DNA from: Basidiobolus meristosporus CBS 931.73
Taxonomy: Eukaryota > Fungi > Basidiobolomycota
Assembly (NCBI GenBank): GCA_002104905.1
Contig: MCFE01000500.1
Span: 1,999-65,998 of the forward strand
Length of the DNA: 64,000 bases
Direction of reading: 5' to 3'
The first letter of the stretch is position 1, and every line of letters starts with the position of its first letter. Both the position numbers and the translations under genes were made by a program. Below the pieces are notes generated by a model. It had not been told where the DNA came from. It searched no databases and was given only the letters and a program-made list of their open reading frames with translations. Of the stretch, positions 38,194 to 48,700 are shown piece by piece.

Positions 38194-39433
38194 TTATCTT
38201 CTCCTGGGTTTTTTTCTCACAGGGATTACTACTGAAGCATTTGGTAATGACTCACTTTGCACACCTATACTACTTCTTGGCTGACTATCATCTTGGCTAC
38301 TTGTGTATTTGTAGTCAGTATTTTGCCTCCTAGTTGATGAGTGCAATGCTACAGCTTGGCCGTGCTGAATCACTCAAACTGAACCAACTGAACCGGCCTG
38401 TAGTGCCACATGCTGACACGTTCTTTTACTTGCCAAGGGCTCCGGTGGCCGAGGCACTTCATGTTGGTCATCATCAGTGAGTTCACCAGAAGTAACTTGC
38501 TGATGGTCAGGCAAAACAGCATGAGCAGGCATGCCTTGACACGTTGAGATGGCCCTTGGCTGAGTTCAATGTGATGCTGCAAGTTGACGCAACTTGGTCT
38601 GCTCCAATGGACTTTTGTCTAAAATAGCAGTTTGGCGAGTTCTTGTAGTTTTGCTCTGAAGCGCACATGTTGGGTCAACGCGCGTTAACTTGATGCGGGG
38701 TGTTCTGGTAAAGGGTGTTGGTGTACTCTGGACTGATGTGCACTGGTGCGCTGTGGTTGCAAGAGATAGTTGGGAAAGCGTGCTGGCACAATCTGGACAA
38801 TGTTGCTTGCAGTCTGTATTCTTCCTCCTGAAGCTCACCATCTGATTCCTCAAGGTATTCACTTACCCTCTGTCTGATACTTTGGAGCTGTTGCCTGGAT
38901 GAGTCCTGTGTATATTGCTCTTGGAAGCCACTTAGCTCTACTAATATATCACATAGTACATTAGTCATTTGAGGCAAAAACTCATTCAAAATCTCTTTGG
39001 TTCCCAAAGTTGAGGCACAAACGGATGCGTCCGGCCCGTACTGTGCAAAATGCGCACAAAATCGCTCCCGCGCGGCTTTTTTGTCAAATCCCCTCACTCT
39101 CAGCTCATTCTTGATTTCAATACTTGTCTTGTTATATATCTTTTTACATACATTGGCTGGCATCTTGATGTAGAACTCATGCCATAGCTTTCTACTCAAA
39201 TTCTTCCATCTTTGTCGACTCTCTGAGGTATCTAGTTCTGCTAGATTAATTAGTAGTGCCCAAATATCTGTATGAAGGCTCATCATAGACACTTGGGCCA
39301 TACTAAAATCATTTGGCAAGAACTCAAACGGATCTGACATCAGCTTTTCCGGTCCGGACCATGCTTGTGAGCTGGGGGATGGGTTTTGTCTGGGTTGTAC
39401 TAAAGATGAGTTGAGGCTTGGTATGGGCACCAT
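38194..39433 (-). pseudogene. PHIS accessory ORF (ORF2), frameshifted near 38770
   Basis: 252-aa ORF at 38675-39433. The second copy (62975-63964) has about 8 extra bp at the break and reads through to ..KKPRRR*. Confidence 0.75.
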
Positions 39434-39792
39434 AGCAACAGATTTGGATACTTATACAGCAGTATATTGGCATCAACCTGGTCCTATATGAAATATATAT
39501 GAAAACTAATGTGATTGTTGAATTTTCCATATATTATACATGATGCATCTTGGATTGCGTTGACATAGATCAGATCACATCTATCGCAGATTTCCTATTT
39601 GATTATAGACCTATGATTAAAGCATCAATAAAAGTACCAAGGCATTGCTTGCAGATGATTTTTACGACATAATGATGGGATACATGGCAATTGATGGAGA
39701 TTTAACCATAATGTATTAAAAATCAGATAAATAATGCAAATCTTGCCAAATTGATTCAAACCGCCTTTATACAATCATCCACCAATTTTAAT

Positions 39793-40677
39793 ATGACTCA
39801 CTCATCTGAATGGTCTTTTCTCATCAATCCCATCATTACCACTGGATTTCCTTTTGACACACTAGAGGAGATCTATTCCAAGTACTGTGGACCATCAACC
39901 CCAATCTACTCAAGGAGATCCCTTGTCAAGCTTCCCTGCTATTACAAGAACTATTGCCCTACAAGGTTTCATCCCACCATCCATGGCAACAAAAGTCCTA
40001 GAAGCTTTCATTCCCAGCTGACAGCAATGGAGAACCACATTGCAGAGGGTATAAATGACTTAGAGCAAGCTTGGAATACTAGGTTCAGAAGCTCCAATAG
40101 ACTTCCATATCCCAGAGTGTTCAGCAACAGGTTCCATATCAGGAGTATTTTGGATACCTTCCCAGTGAGGATTAACAGACCTTCTAGAGGGCAGAGGCAC
40201 TTTTATTTTGGCAAGTACAAGGCACACTGTGTGAAGTTTCAAGCACTGACTGACATTGAGGGTAACATCATCTGGTTTAGTGGGCCATTTGCTGGAAGTA
40301 GGCATGACAAAGCACTCTGGGTAGAGAATCATTCTGAATTCAGTAGAGTGGTGAAATGTATGGCAGACTTGGCCTATATAGGAGAGGATTGTCAGAGATT
40401 AGGATATATTACAGCTTATAGGAAGCCAAGGAATGGTGTGCTTAGCAGGAAGCAGAAGCTCTACAATGAGATATTTAATCACTTCAGAGTGAGGGTAAAG
40501 CACACATTTGGATATCTGAAGAGATTCAGCATATTGGCAGGTAAATACAGAGGAAAGTCATATATAGGAGAAAACAGCAGAATAGGTAAAATAGTTAACA
40601 TACTTATTAGTGCACAGTATGTTCATACAAGAAGACATCCACTGAGAGAAATGTGTCTGGAGCATTATGACAAGTAA
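39793..40677 (+). CDS. DDE_Tnp_4 (IS5/PIF-Harbinger-type) transposase, open frame but third catalytic residue apparently E to K
   Basis: ILDTFP..RP..QRHFYFGKYKAHCVKFQALTD..G.IIWFSGPFAGSRHD..CMADLAY..YRKP..YNEIFNHFRVRV(K)HTFGYLKRFSIL. The family consensus is RxxVE, and AAG lies at 40498-40500. Confidence 0.9.
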   Translation: MTHSSEWSFLINPIITTGFPFDTLEEIYSKYCGPSTPIYSRRSLVKLPCYYKNYCPTRFHPTIHGNKSPRSFHSQLTAMENHIAEGINDLEQAWNTRFRSSNRLPYPRVFSNRFHIRSILDTFPVRINRPSRGQRHFYFGKYKAHCVKFQALTDIEGNIIWFSGPFAGSRHDKALWVENHSEFSRVVKCMADLAYIGEDCQRLGYITAYRKPRNGVLSRKQKLYNEIFNHFRVRVKHTFGYLKRFSILAGKYRGKSYIGENSRIGKIVNILISAQYVHTRRHPLREMCLEHYDK

Positions 40678-41900
40678 ATAAAGCAAGGAAAGCACTATTC
40701 TGAGCAACATAAATAAGATTGAGTAAAATTACCAGTAACTGTATCATACCATTGGCATCATGGTAGAAATCATAGTGCCAGATCAATCCCGCACCAAAAA
40801 CAGGCTGGCACTATGTGGTACTATCCAACGGAACAAGTCTAATACTTTCCGGAAGCTTCCAGAAGGTAGTAGACGGCCAATCATGTCATTGTGTACTTAA
40901 AATAGCGCAAATTCTTAGCAGATTGTTCCATGAGACATAGTAGCACCTAGCCAATCAGGTAGTGGTAATATGAAACCCCTGTGTCATGTAGTTGCCTCTT
41001 ATGGTAGTAGGATAGGAGGGTTATGAGACCAAGATGGTCACATGACATGGGCACTGTTGAGGGTACTTGCCTTATATGGTAACTATCTTATCTTGGCATC
41101 TTGGCAAGGAATAGGAATAGCTTGTGCAATGGGTTAATAGTGACAAATTGTTTGTCAGGTTGCATAGTAATAATCACATAGACTGAATAGAAAATATTGT
41201 GATTTTGGATGATACTAATATAGGGGGGGTAATCCTTTTTAGGGAAGTGAACGTATGGGAATGAGCACATCTGCCTGTGGGTGTCACTGTGACCCTACTA
41301 CAACGGTGTGTGGAGAATATTGGGCCTTGCTTCACCATTTGGGAGTTTCCTATGGAGCAGATGTGTGGGGAGTTAGGAAGACAAGTCAAGTTGCAGGTAC
41401 TACAATATCCCAATCTCATCAAGAATATTACCTTCAAGTCCGTCATGGATGTGATGAGTTGGCACATGGAGGACAGCCAGAAAGAGTTGTAAGATACTGA
41501 GGACAAATGTGCACATGGAGACACCTATGCCTATGGCATTAAGAAGCTAAGCAGCCCCAATGCATGGGTAATCAGTTGAGTAATACAAAGTTGGGTTGGG
41601 TGCAACAAGCAGCTAATTTTTATAAGGAAAACTCCACCAAGATATGCCATATATCTTGTGGTCACAAGCCAACTTCTACACCATTTAATACGGAATTCAC
41701 AGAAGCAAAAGCCAGAGTGCACCTATAAGGGGGACTACAATCCAGCAGGAAGAAGGAATATATTGGCTAAATACCAAGAAGTTCTTTGCCAATATTCAGG
41801 AGGTATTTGTGGTAGAAGTGGCAACAACCAAGCATATGTTTGCAAAATGTATATGCTACCAGCAGTACAAGGTATATGGCAACTTTGCAAGTATCATACT

Positions 41901-42631
41901 AGACTTGTTCCATTGGATAGTGCCACATTGAGCCATGAGTGCCAAATGAAGCCATAGTGTGCCAGGGAGGCTAAGTGAGCCTATACTTGGCCACAGAGTG
42001 TGAAACACAGCCCTGCATCTTCATGCAAAGCAGCCTCTGTGTTTCACCCATTGTGCTGGAGAAAATCCATTTTTTGACCTTTTTTTTTGGATCAACATTG
42101 TTCAGGATGTGTGAGAGCACAGAAGGACTGAAGACATGTATCTGATACTCAATACCCATGGCACTCTGAATCTAGCTCCTGTAGCTTGTATCATGTCACA
42201 AAAATGAATGGCACTATCTTGGTCCACTGGTACTATCTGGCACTATAAGTGCTTATATAGGTTTTACTTTAGGGCTAATATTTAAATATAGTGCCAGATA
42301 GTACCAGTGGACCAAGATAGTGCCATTCATTTTTGTGACATGATACAAGCTACAGGAGCTAGATTCAGAGTGCCATGGGTATTGAGTACCCAATGCATGT
42401 CTTATATCTTTTTGTGCTCTTACACATCCCGCACAACATTGATCCAAAAAAAGGTCAAAAAATGGATTTTCTCCAGCACAATGGGTGAAACACAGAGGCT
42501 GCTTTGCATGAAGATGCAGAGCTGTGTTTCACACTCTGTGGCCAAGTATAGGCTCACTTGGCCTCCCTGGCACACTATGGCATCATTTGGCACTCATGGC
42601 TCAATGTGGCACTATCCAACGGAACAAGTCT
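41901..42631. mobile_element. Fold-back MITE 5 (731 bp), TSD ACT
   Basis: Flanked by act/act. The empty site gcaagtatcacactaaaaagcc is present, reverse-complemented, in copy H near 61090-61112. Confidence 0.95.
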
Positions 42632-45600
42632 ACTAAACAGCTGAAAAGTTGAGGTGATATAAGTATGTCAATTGCGGCAGTTATGTGCGTTTGTAGAGGT
42701 TAGTAAGCAGGAGGCCATATTTTTTTTTGATTCAGACTATATGTGGAATACCCAAGGTTGCAGTGGGTAAGCCAATAAAGAAAGGTGATTCTACAGTGGA
42801 ATATATGAATTGCGCAAGGGGAGGTAGAAAAAGGAAATACCACTTGGTAAATTGGTATGGAAGCATTATACAGAATCAGCAGCAGGCCATCATACTGCCA
42901 AGAAAAAGCCATCAGAGTCTTGCTGTGAGGCCGTTAAAATACCGTCAAATTTCTTGCCATTTAAGGCAATTGGAAGTCCTGGCCAACTGGATCCACTTAA
43001 AATAGTAATAGAGCGCTGAAAGACCAAAACAATACCATGCAAATATTGTCATGGCACCAATCAAAAATTGTCAACTTTTATCCCTTTATTTGGCTGTAAA
43101 ATTTGCAAAACACCGTCATGATCTTGTTATAAGATTGTCAGGAGGGTCACTAATTCCAAGCTGCTGTTATTATGATCATCTCTAAAGAGGTTCTTGACAG
43201 ATGATCAGGATTGAATCCACCCGCAGGACCAAATTATTTTTCATAGGGAGTTGATTCCAGCTTTCAAAGCAAGTTGCTCTGACATGTACTCATGCAATGC
43301 TCCTGAGTCAATCATGACCTTGGCAGGTACTCCATTGATTACTCCATTCATGTATAATAGCTTTGCTGAGTTTGAGGTCATCTGGGATAGGTATTCTTCT
43401 GTCAAATGGAAGGTGAGTTCTGAGTCTTCTTCAAGTTCATCCTCAATATAACTATGCTCCATGGCCTCATAGCCAGTAATCATCATCCTTACTGGATGAG
43501 TAATACAGTTGAATATATGAAAGTTCCCATCAGCTGTTTAGACTGAAGCTGACTTGGTGGGTTCCATGTTGATTCCCGCTTTCAAAGCAAATTGCTCTGA
43601 CAAGTACTCACTCAATGCTCCTGAGTCCATCATGATTTTGGCTGGTGCTCCATTGATTACTCCATTCAAATATAATAGCTTTCCTGAGTTTGAGGTCATC
43701 TGGGATAGGTATTTTTTTGTCATATGGAAGGTGAATTCTAAGTCTTCTTCAAGTTCATTCTCCAGTTTACTTTGCTCAAGGGCTTCAATATGGCTGAAGG
43801 TTCTTGACGGCTGGTGTCCATTTCTTCTCTGAGGGCAGTACTTTGCAATATGTCCCTGCTGGTGCAAACTGAAGCAAAGTCCTTTCTTCTTACATTCTTC
43901 TGAGGTAGGATTCTTCTGCATAGCGTCTATTTGCATTGGCATTGCTTCTGATTGTCTTCTTTCATAGTGATTGTAGCCCCTCTGATTAGTCATTGTGGGC
44001 TTCCCATCTCCAAACATAGCTGAGTCATAGTCTATGGCAATCTTGATGGTCTCTTCAATAGTCTGAGGTCTTTGATAATTCTCTTCCTTACAAGTTCTTT
44101 CTTTCAACCCATCAATAAGGTATTCAACTTGATCCAGAGGGTCCATTCTTTCAATTTGCCCAAGTAGACATCTATATTCATAGTTGTACTCTTGGGCCAT
44201 TCCTTTCTGTCTGAGTGTCTTCAGCTTTCTTTGTAGTAGTGTCTGTTGGTGTGGGGGCTCAAAGGCTTCCTGAGTTTCCAACACAAACTCATCCCAGATA
44301 AAGATTGTAGAGTATCCCATCATGGTGGCTGACCTGATCTTGTTGTAGTACCACTGCAAAACTGTGTCAGCCAGGTCAGAGGCTGCATAATGTAACTTGC
44401 TTTCTGCAGCAATTCCCTTAGTCTTGGAAGCTTCTTCAATCTGGAAAAGCCAAGTTCCCAGGTTTTCACAGCCTGTACCATGGCACCGGTTGACCTTAAC
44501 ACTAAAGTTGCTCTTGACAGGGTTTTGCTGGCTTTCAGCCATGGTAGTCATTCCTTGTTGCTGCTGGCTAAGGATCTGAAGTAACAGTTGCTTCTAGGCT
44601 AGGATTTGTTGCATAGCATTCTTCCATTCTTGATTTTTGGACATCTTGAGGGAGGCTTCTTATTTCTTCAGGAGGGAGGTTTCTGTCTATTGCTGCCACC
44701 TATGTTTCAAGTGTTGGTATAAGAGTTGTAGAGGAATAGGGAGTTTAGCTAGTATTGTATTAACTAAAACTTGAACTGCTCTTTATTTAGATTCTAGCAG
44801 CTCCTTATATACATTTTGCCTGATCAATTGCTGACTAATTGTATTTCCTAATGTAGGCTGTGGCTGATGATTCATTTGATTGCATCATCATCACCCAATA
44901 AGATCCTACCAAATATATCTACTTCTGTCTGATAAGGATCTGCTGATTCATTTGCTGACTAATGCTACTTATTTGATAGATAATACTGTTATACTGTTAA
45001 CCTAAACATAGAACTAATTGATTTGACTAAAAACTGATCTAACTTAAACATTCAAGTGGCAGATCATAACACTTGCAAGAATTGCCAACAAGACTGAACC
45101 ATTACAATATTGGTATCATAAGAAAAAAGACTCAGGAGAACCCGCTCAACTTTGGAAGAGGAAAATGTTGTGATCAACCACTTGGATTTTTAAGTTATAT
45201 TGATTTTTAGTCAAATTAAATAGTTACATGTTTAGCCTATTGGTGTATCAGTGTTATCTATCAAATCAGTAGCATAAGTCAGCAAATGAATCAGATGATC
45301 CTTGTCAGAGAGGAATAGATATATTAAGTATGTCTCATTGGGTGATGATGATGCAGTCAATGGAGTCGTCAGCCACAACCTACGTTAGAAAATATGATTA
45401 GTCAGCAATTGATCAGGCAAAATGTATATAAGGAGCTGCTAGAATCTCAATAAAGAACAGTTCAAGTTTTAGTGAATACAATGCTAGCTAAACCCCTATT
45501 ACTCTACAACTCTTATACCAAGACTTGTGACAGATGGACACCTTATTGCCTTTTGCCTCTTTGTTGCTCATTTGGGCTTAGTTCTCAAGTTACACAATAG

Positions 45601-45712
45601 ATATGGGCATCTTAAAATTAAAGCAACCTATCATCATGTAAAAGCTGGTGCATGGTGACTCAGAATGAAACAAGATATTGAGAAGCTAATGACAACATGT
45701 TCAACTTGCCAA

Positions 45713-48700
45713 TGTTATGATCTACCACTTGAATGTTTAAGTTAGATCAGTTTTTGTCAAATCAATTGGTTTTATCTTTAGCCTATCAGTATATCAGTGT
45801 TATCTATCAATTGGGTAGTATTAGTCAGCAGCTGAATCAGTAGACTCTTATCACACAGAAATATATATATCAAGTAGAATCTGATTGGGTCATGAATATG
45901 TAACAAAATGAATCATCTGCCGCAACATACATCAGGGAATACAGTTAGTCAGCAATTGATCTGGCAAAATACACACAGGGAGCTCCTGGAACCTCAATAG
46001 AAATTGGTTTAAGTTTAAGTAATCACAATTTCAGCTAAGCTCTCTATTTGTCTACAGCTTTTATATTATGACTTGTAACATTGGTAGCAGCACTAACTAG
46101 AAACCTCCTCCAGAAGAAAGAAGAAGCCTCCTGCAAGATATCAGAAAATCAACAATAGATGAATGCTATGCAGCAAATCTTGGCCCAGCAGCAACAGCTA
46201 CTGGGATGAGTATTTGTTGGAAATTCAGGATGCTTTTGAGCGTGCACAACAGCTAACACTACAAAGAGGGAAGGTGGAGACTCTCAGCCAGAAAGGAATG
46301 GTTCAAGAGTGCCTCTATGCATATAGAAGTTTACTTGAAAGAATTGACCACCTGAGTCAAGTTGAATAAATTTTTGATGGGTTAAATGAAAGAACTTGCA
46401 CAGAAGAATATTATCTAATACTTCAGACTATTGAAGCAGCTATCATGATTGCTATTAACTGTTACTCATCTATATTTGGAGTTGGGAAGCCCACAATGAC
46501 TAATTAGAGAATCTATAATCACTATGAAAGAAGACAATCAGATGCAGTGCAAATGGAAATAGATGCTATGCAGAAGAATCCCACCTCAGCAGAATGTAAG
46601 AAAAAAGGACTTTGCTTCAATTGCAACCAGCAGGCACATATTGCAAAGCACTGTTCTCAGAGAAGAACAAGATTCCAGTCAACATTAACATCCAGCCATA
46701 TTGGGGCCCTCAAACACAAACTTGAAGAGGACTCTGAACTCACCTTGCATATGACAGAATAACACCCATTCTGGATGACCTCAAACTGAGGAGAGCTATA
46801 ATATCTGAATGGAGTAATCAATGGAGCCCCTGCCAAGATCATAATTGACTCAGGAGTATTGGATAAATACATGTCAGAGCAAGTTGCCTTGAAAGCTGGA
46901 ATCAACATGGAGACCACCAAATCTGTAGAGCACTTAGAATGATAGCAAGATGTTCCTCTATGGCTGTACTACAAGAGGATTCCTCTACTCCAGTACCCCC
47001 AAAGGTCCAGACTATTTTTAAAGGAATAGTCAGATGTGTTTCCAGATGAATTTAGAAGCCAACTACCAGTCAGAGAGGTGGATCATGCCATTAACACAGG
47101 AGATAGCCCTCCAGTGAGCAAAACACCCTTCAGATTGAGTCCATTGGAGTTGGAAGAGATGAAAAGATAAATAGATCAGTTATTGGAGCAAGCATATATC
47201 AGACCCTGCAAGTCACCATGGGGAACACCAGCACTTTTTGTGAAAAAGAAGGATGGAACACTTAGAATGTGCATTGACTACAGAGCCCTCCACACAGATT
47301 CCTTGAAAAATATGTACCCATACCTGAGATTGATGAGCTTTTGGACTAACTCAATGGAGCCACTATGTTTTCCAAGATTGACATCATGTCAGGATACCAT
47401 CAGACTAGGGTAATACCAGATGATATCCTTAAGACAGCATTCAGGACCAGATATGGACACTGGGAGCACCCAGCCATGAGTTTTGGCTTAATCAATGCCC
47501 CTGCAACATTCACGACCTTGATGCAAACAGTCTTCCAGGAGTACTAAGACAAGTTTGCTGTAAACTACCTAGACAACATATTGATATACAGCAAGTCCAA
47601 AGAGGAACACTTGGAGTATATTGAAAAGGGCTTGAAGAAGCCAAGAGAGAACAAGCTGTAGAGCAAGCTAGCAAAGTGTGAATTCTTGAAGGAACATGCT
47701 AATACCTGGGACACATAGTGACTAGCACAGGAGTGACCATAGACCCCAAAAAGACTGAAGTCATCAAGAATTTGAAGCTGCCTTGTAGCACATTGGAACT
47801 CAGATCATTCCTTAGAGTTGTTTCCTATTATTGGAGATGTGTCAAGTCCCTGGCAAGTATTGCAGCCCCTTTAACTAATATTTTCTGTAATGATAACACC
47901 TTGAAGTGGGACATAGCCTCTAAGTCTGCCTTTCAGATTCTCAACAATGAACTTGCTAAGCTACCAAGCTTTAGAATCCCAAACTTTATAAAAGAGTTTA
48001 CTCTATGCACAGATGCCTTAGACTATGCAATTAGTGGAGTACAGAGCCAAGAACATGAGTGAAAGAACTATCCAGTTGCTTTTGAGTCCAAAAGATTGAA
48101 CTTAGCAGAACAAAACTATTCAGTGAATAAGAAAGAGATATTTGCAATTATACACTGCTTGAAGACCTGAAAATGCTTCATTGAAGGAATTTAGTGTACT
48201 GTGAAGACTGATCATGCCTCACTCAAGTATATATCTACTCAGAAGTTATTTCCAGAAGAATGACAAGATGGGGTGATGACATTCAGGAATTTGACTTGGA
48301 GATTGTTTACTGGCCTGCAAAAGACAATATGGTTGCTGGTGCCATATCAAGACTAGAACAAGTTGCAAAACTCAACTTGGTGCATGAGTGAGATTAGCCT
48401 AGCTAATACCAAAGTAATTGGAGGACCAAGCCATTCCTAAAGAGGTAGATGAAGAGATCAAGAAGATAGCTTGGGATGAAGTCAGCTGATTTGTGGTACA
48501 GGATGAACACTCTACCCAATGGCTGATGGATGCCTCATTGCCTACTCCATTATGTTACCTGCCTGAATTTGATGCATAAGTTACACAATGGATATGAACA
48601 TCTGGGAATTGAAGGAACCTGTAGCCTTGTGAAAGTCAGATCATAGTGGCCAAGTATGAAACAAGACGTTGGGAAACTAGTGAAAACATGCCCAAGTTGC

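Larger units (their letters stand above)
37451..40840. mobile_element. PIF/Harbinger-superfamily (PHIS, Pangu-like) two-ORF element, 3,390 bp, TSD AAT
   Basis: Imperfect TIRs AGACTTGCTCCATTGTACCGTGCC / GGTACTATCCAACGGAACAAGTCT, aat on both sides, and divergent accessory and DDE transposase ORFs. Confidence 0.92.
36832..41302 (-). mobile_element. Long solo LTR (~1,078 bp without the PHIS insert), 4-bp TSD ACGG
   Basis: TGTGGTGG...CTACTACA flanked by acgg at 36828-36831 and 41303-41306. The empty site catcttgcatggtgtgtggagaat is present, reverse-complemented, in copy H near 61680-61705. Confidence 0.85.
34874..41560 (+). pseudogene. CACTA/EnSpm (tnp2 / Transposase_21-type) transposase; 468-aa intact core at 35325-36731, interrupted at 36832 by a solo LTR
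   Basis: ACVNSCAAF..CPNC, IFDGKLY, LALDGF..FCWPL, GPKSPSNLDSYLYPL, GDTPAISKIAGFSGHNGQYCCQMCEIQG and GAMHLLF. The C-terminus HSLLHL|ENIGP..WEFPMEQMCG resumes at 41307. N-terminal CGYC..H zinc finger, frameshift near 36700. Confidence 0.9.
32708..43248 (+). mobile_element. CACTA/EnSpm-type transposon, copy F, full length (~5.33 kb without nested inserts), inserted in the Gypsy protease region
   Basis: Termini (g)cctacaaaaaattatt and aattatttttcataggg. Accessory gene on the minus strand (about 32790-34652), transposase on the plus strand (34874 to about 41560). Gypsy protease sequence lies on both flanks. Confidence 0.88.
31392..45071 (-). mobile_element. Ty3/Gypsy family-A element (inner): 5' LTR 44703-45071, gag-PR 43249-44551, 3' LTR 31392-32497; 4-bp TSD CTTG; pol deleted
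   Basis: A 337-aa gag-PR ORF at 43538-44551 (NLGTWLFQIEE, DQVEYLIDGLK, DSGA). PPT complement ttctcccctgctaaag at 32498. cttg at 31388-31391 and 45072-45075, and the host sequence agactcaagcttgcaag is restored when it is removed. Confidence 0.88.
28866..45532 (+). mobile_element. Ty3/Gypsy family-A element (outer): 5' LTR 28866-29228, PBS, gag-PR, integrase C-terminus, PPT, 3' LTR 45166-45532; 4-bp TSD GATG
   Basis: TGTTATGA...GTAACA LTRs, PBS ttggtagcagc at 29229, gag with CFSLHQQGHIAKYC knuckle remnant, DSGA protease motifs and purine tract tttggaagaggaaaa before the 3' LTR. gatg at 28862-28865 and 45533-45536. RT and RNase H are deleted. Confidence 0.85.

Noticed and set aside
39793-40677. 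Domesticated HARBI1/ALP1-like host gene
   Set aside because: It sits between TIRs with a TSD inside a solo LTR, the family is multi-copy and the ORF is CpG-depleted, so it is a TE copy.
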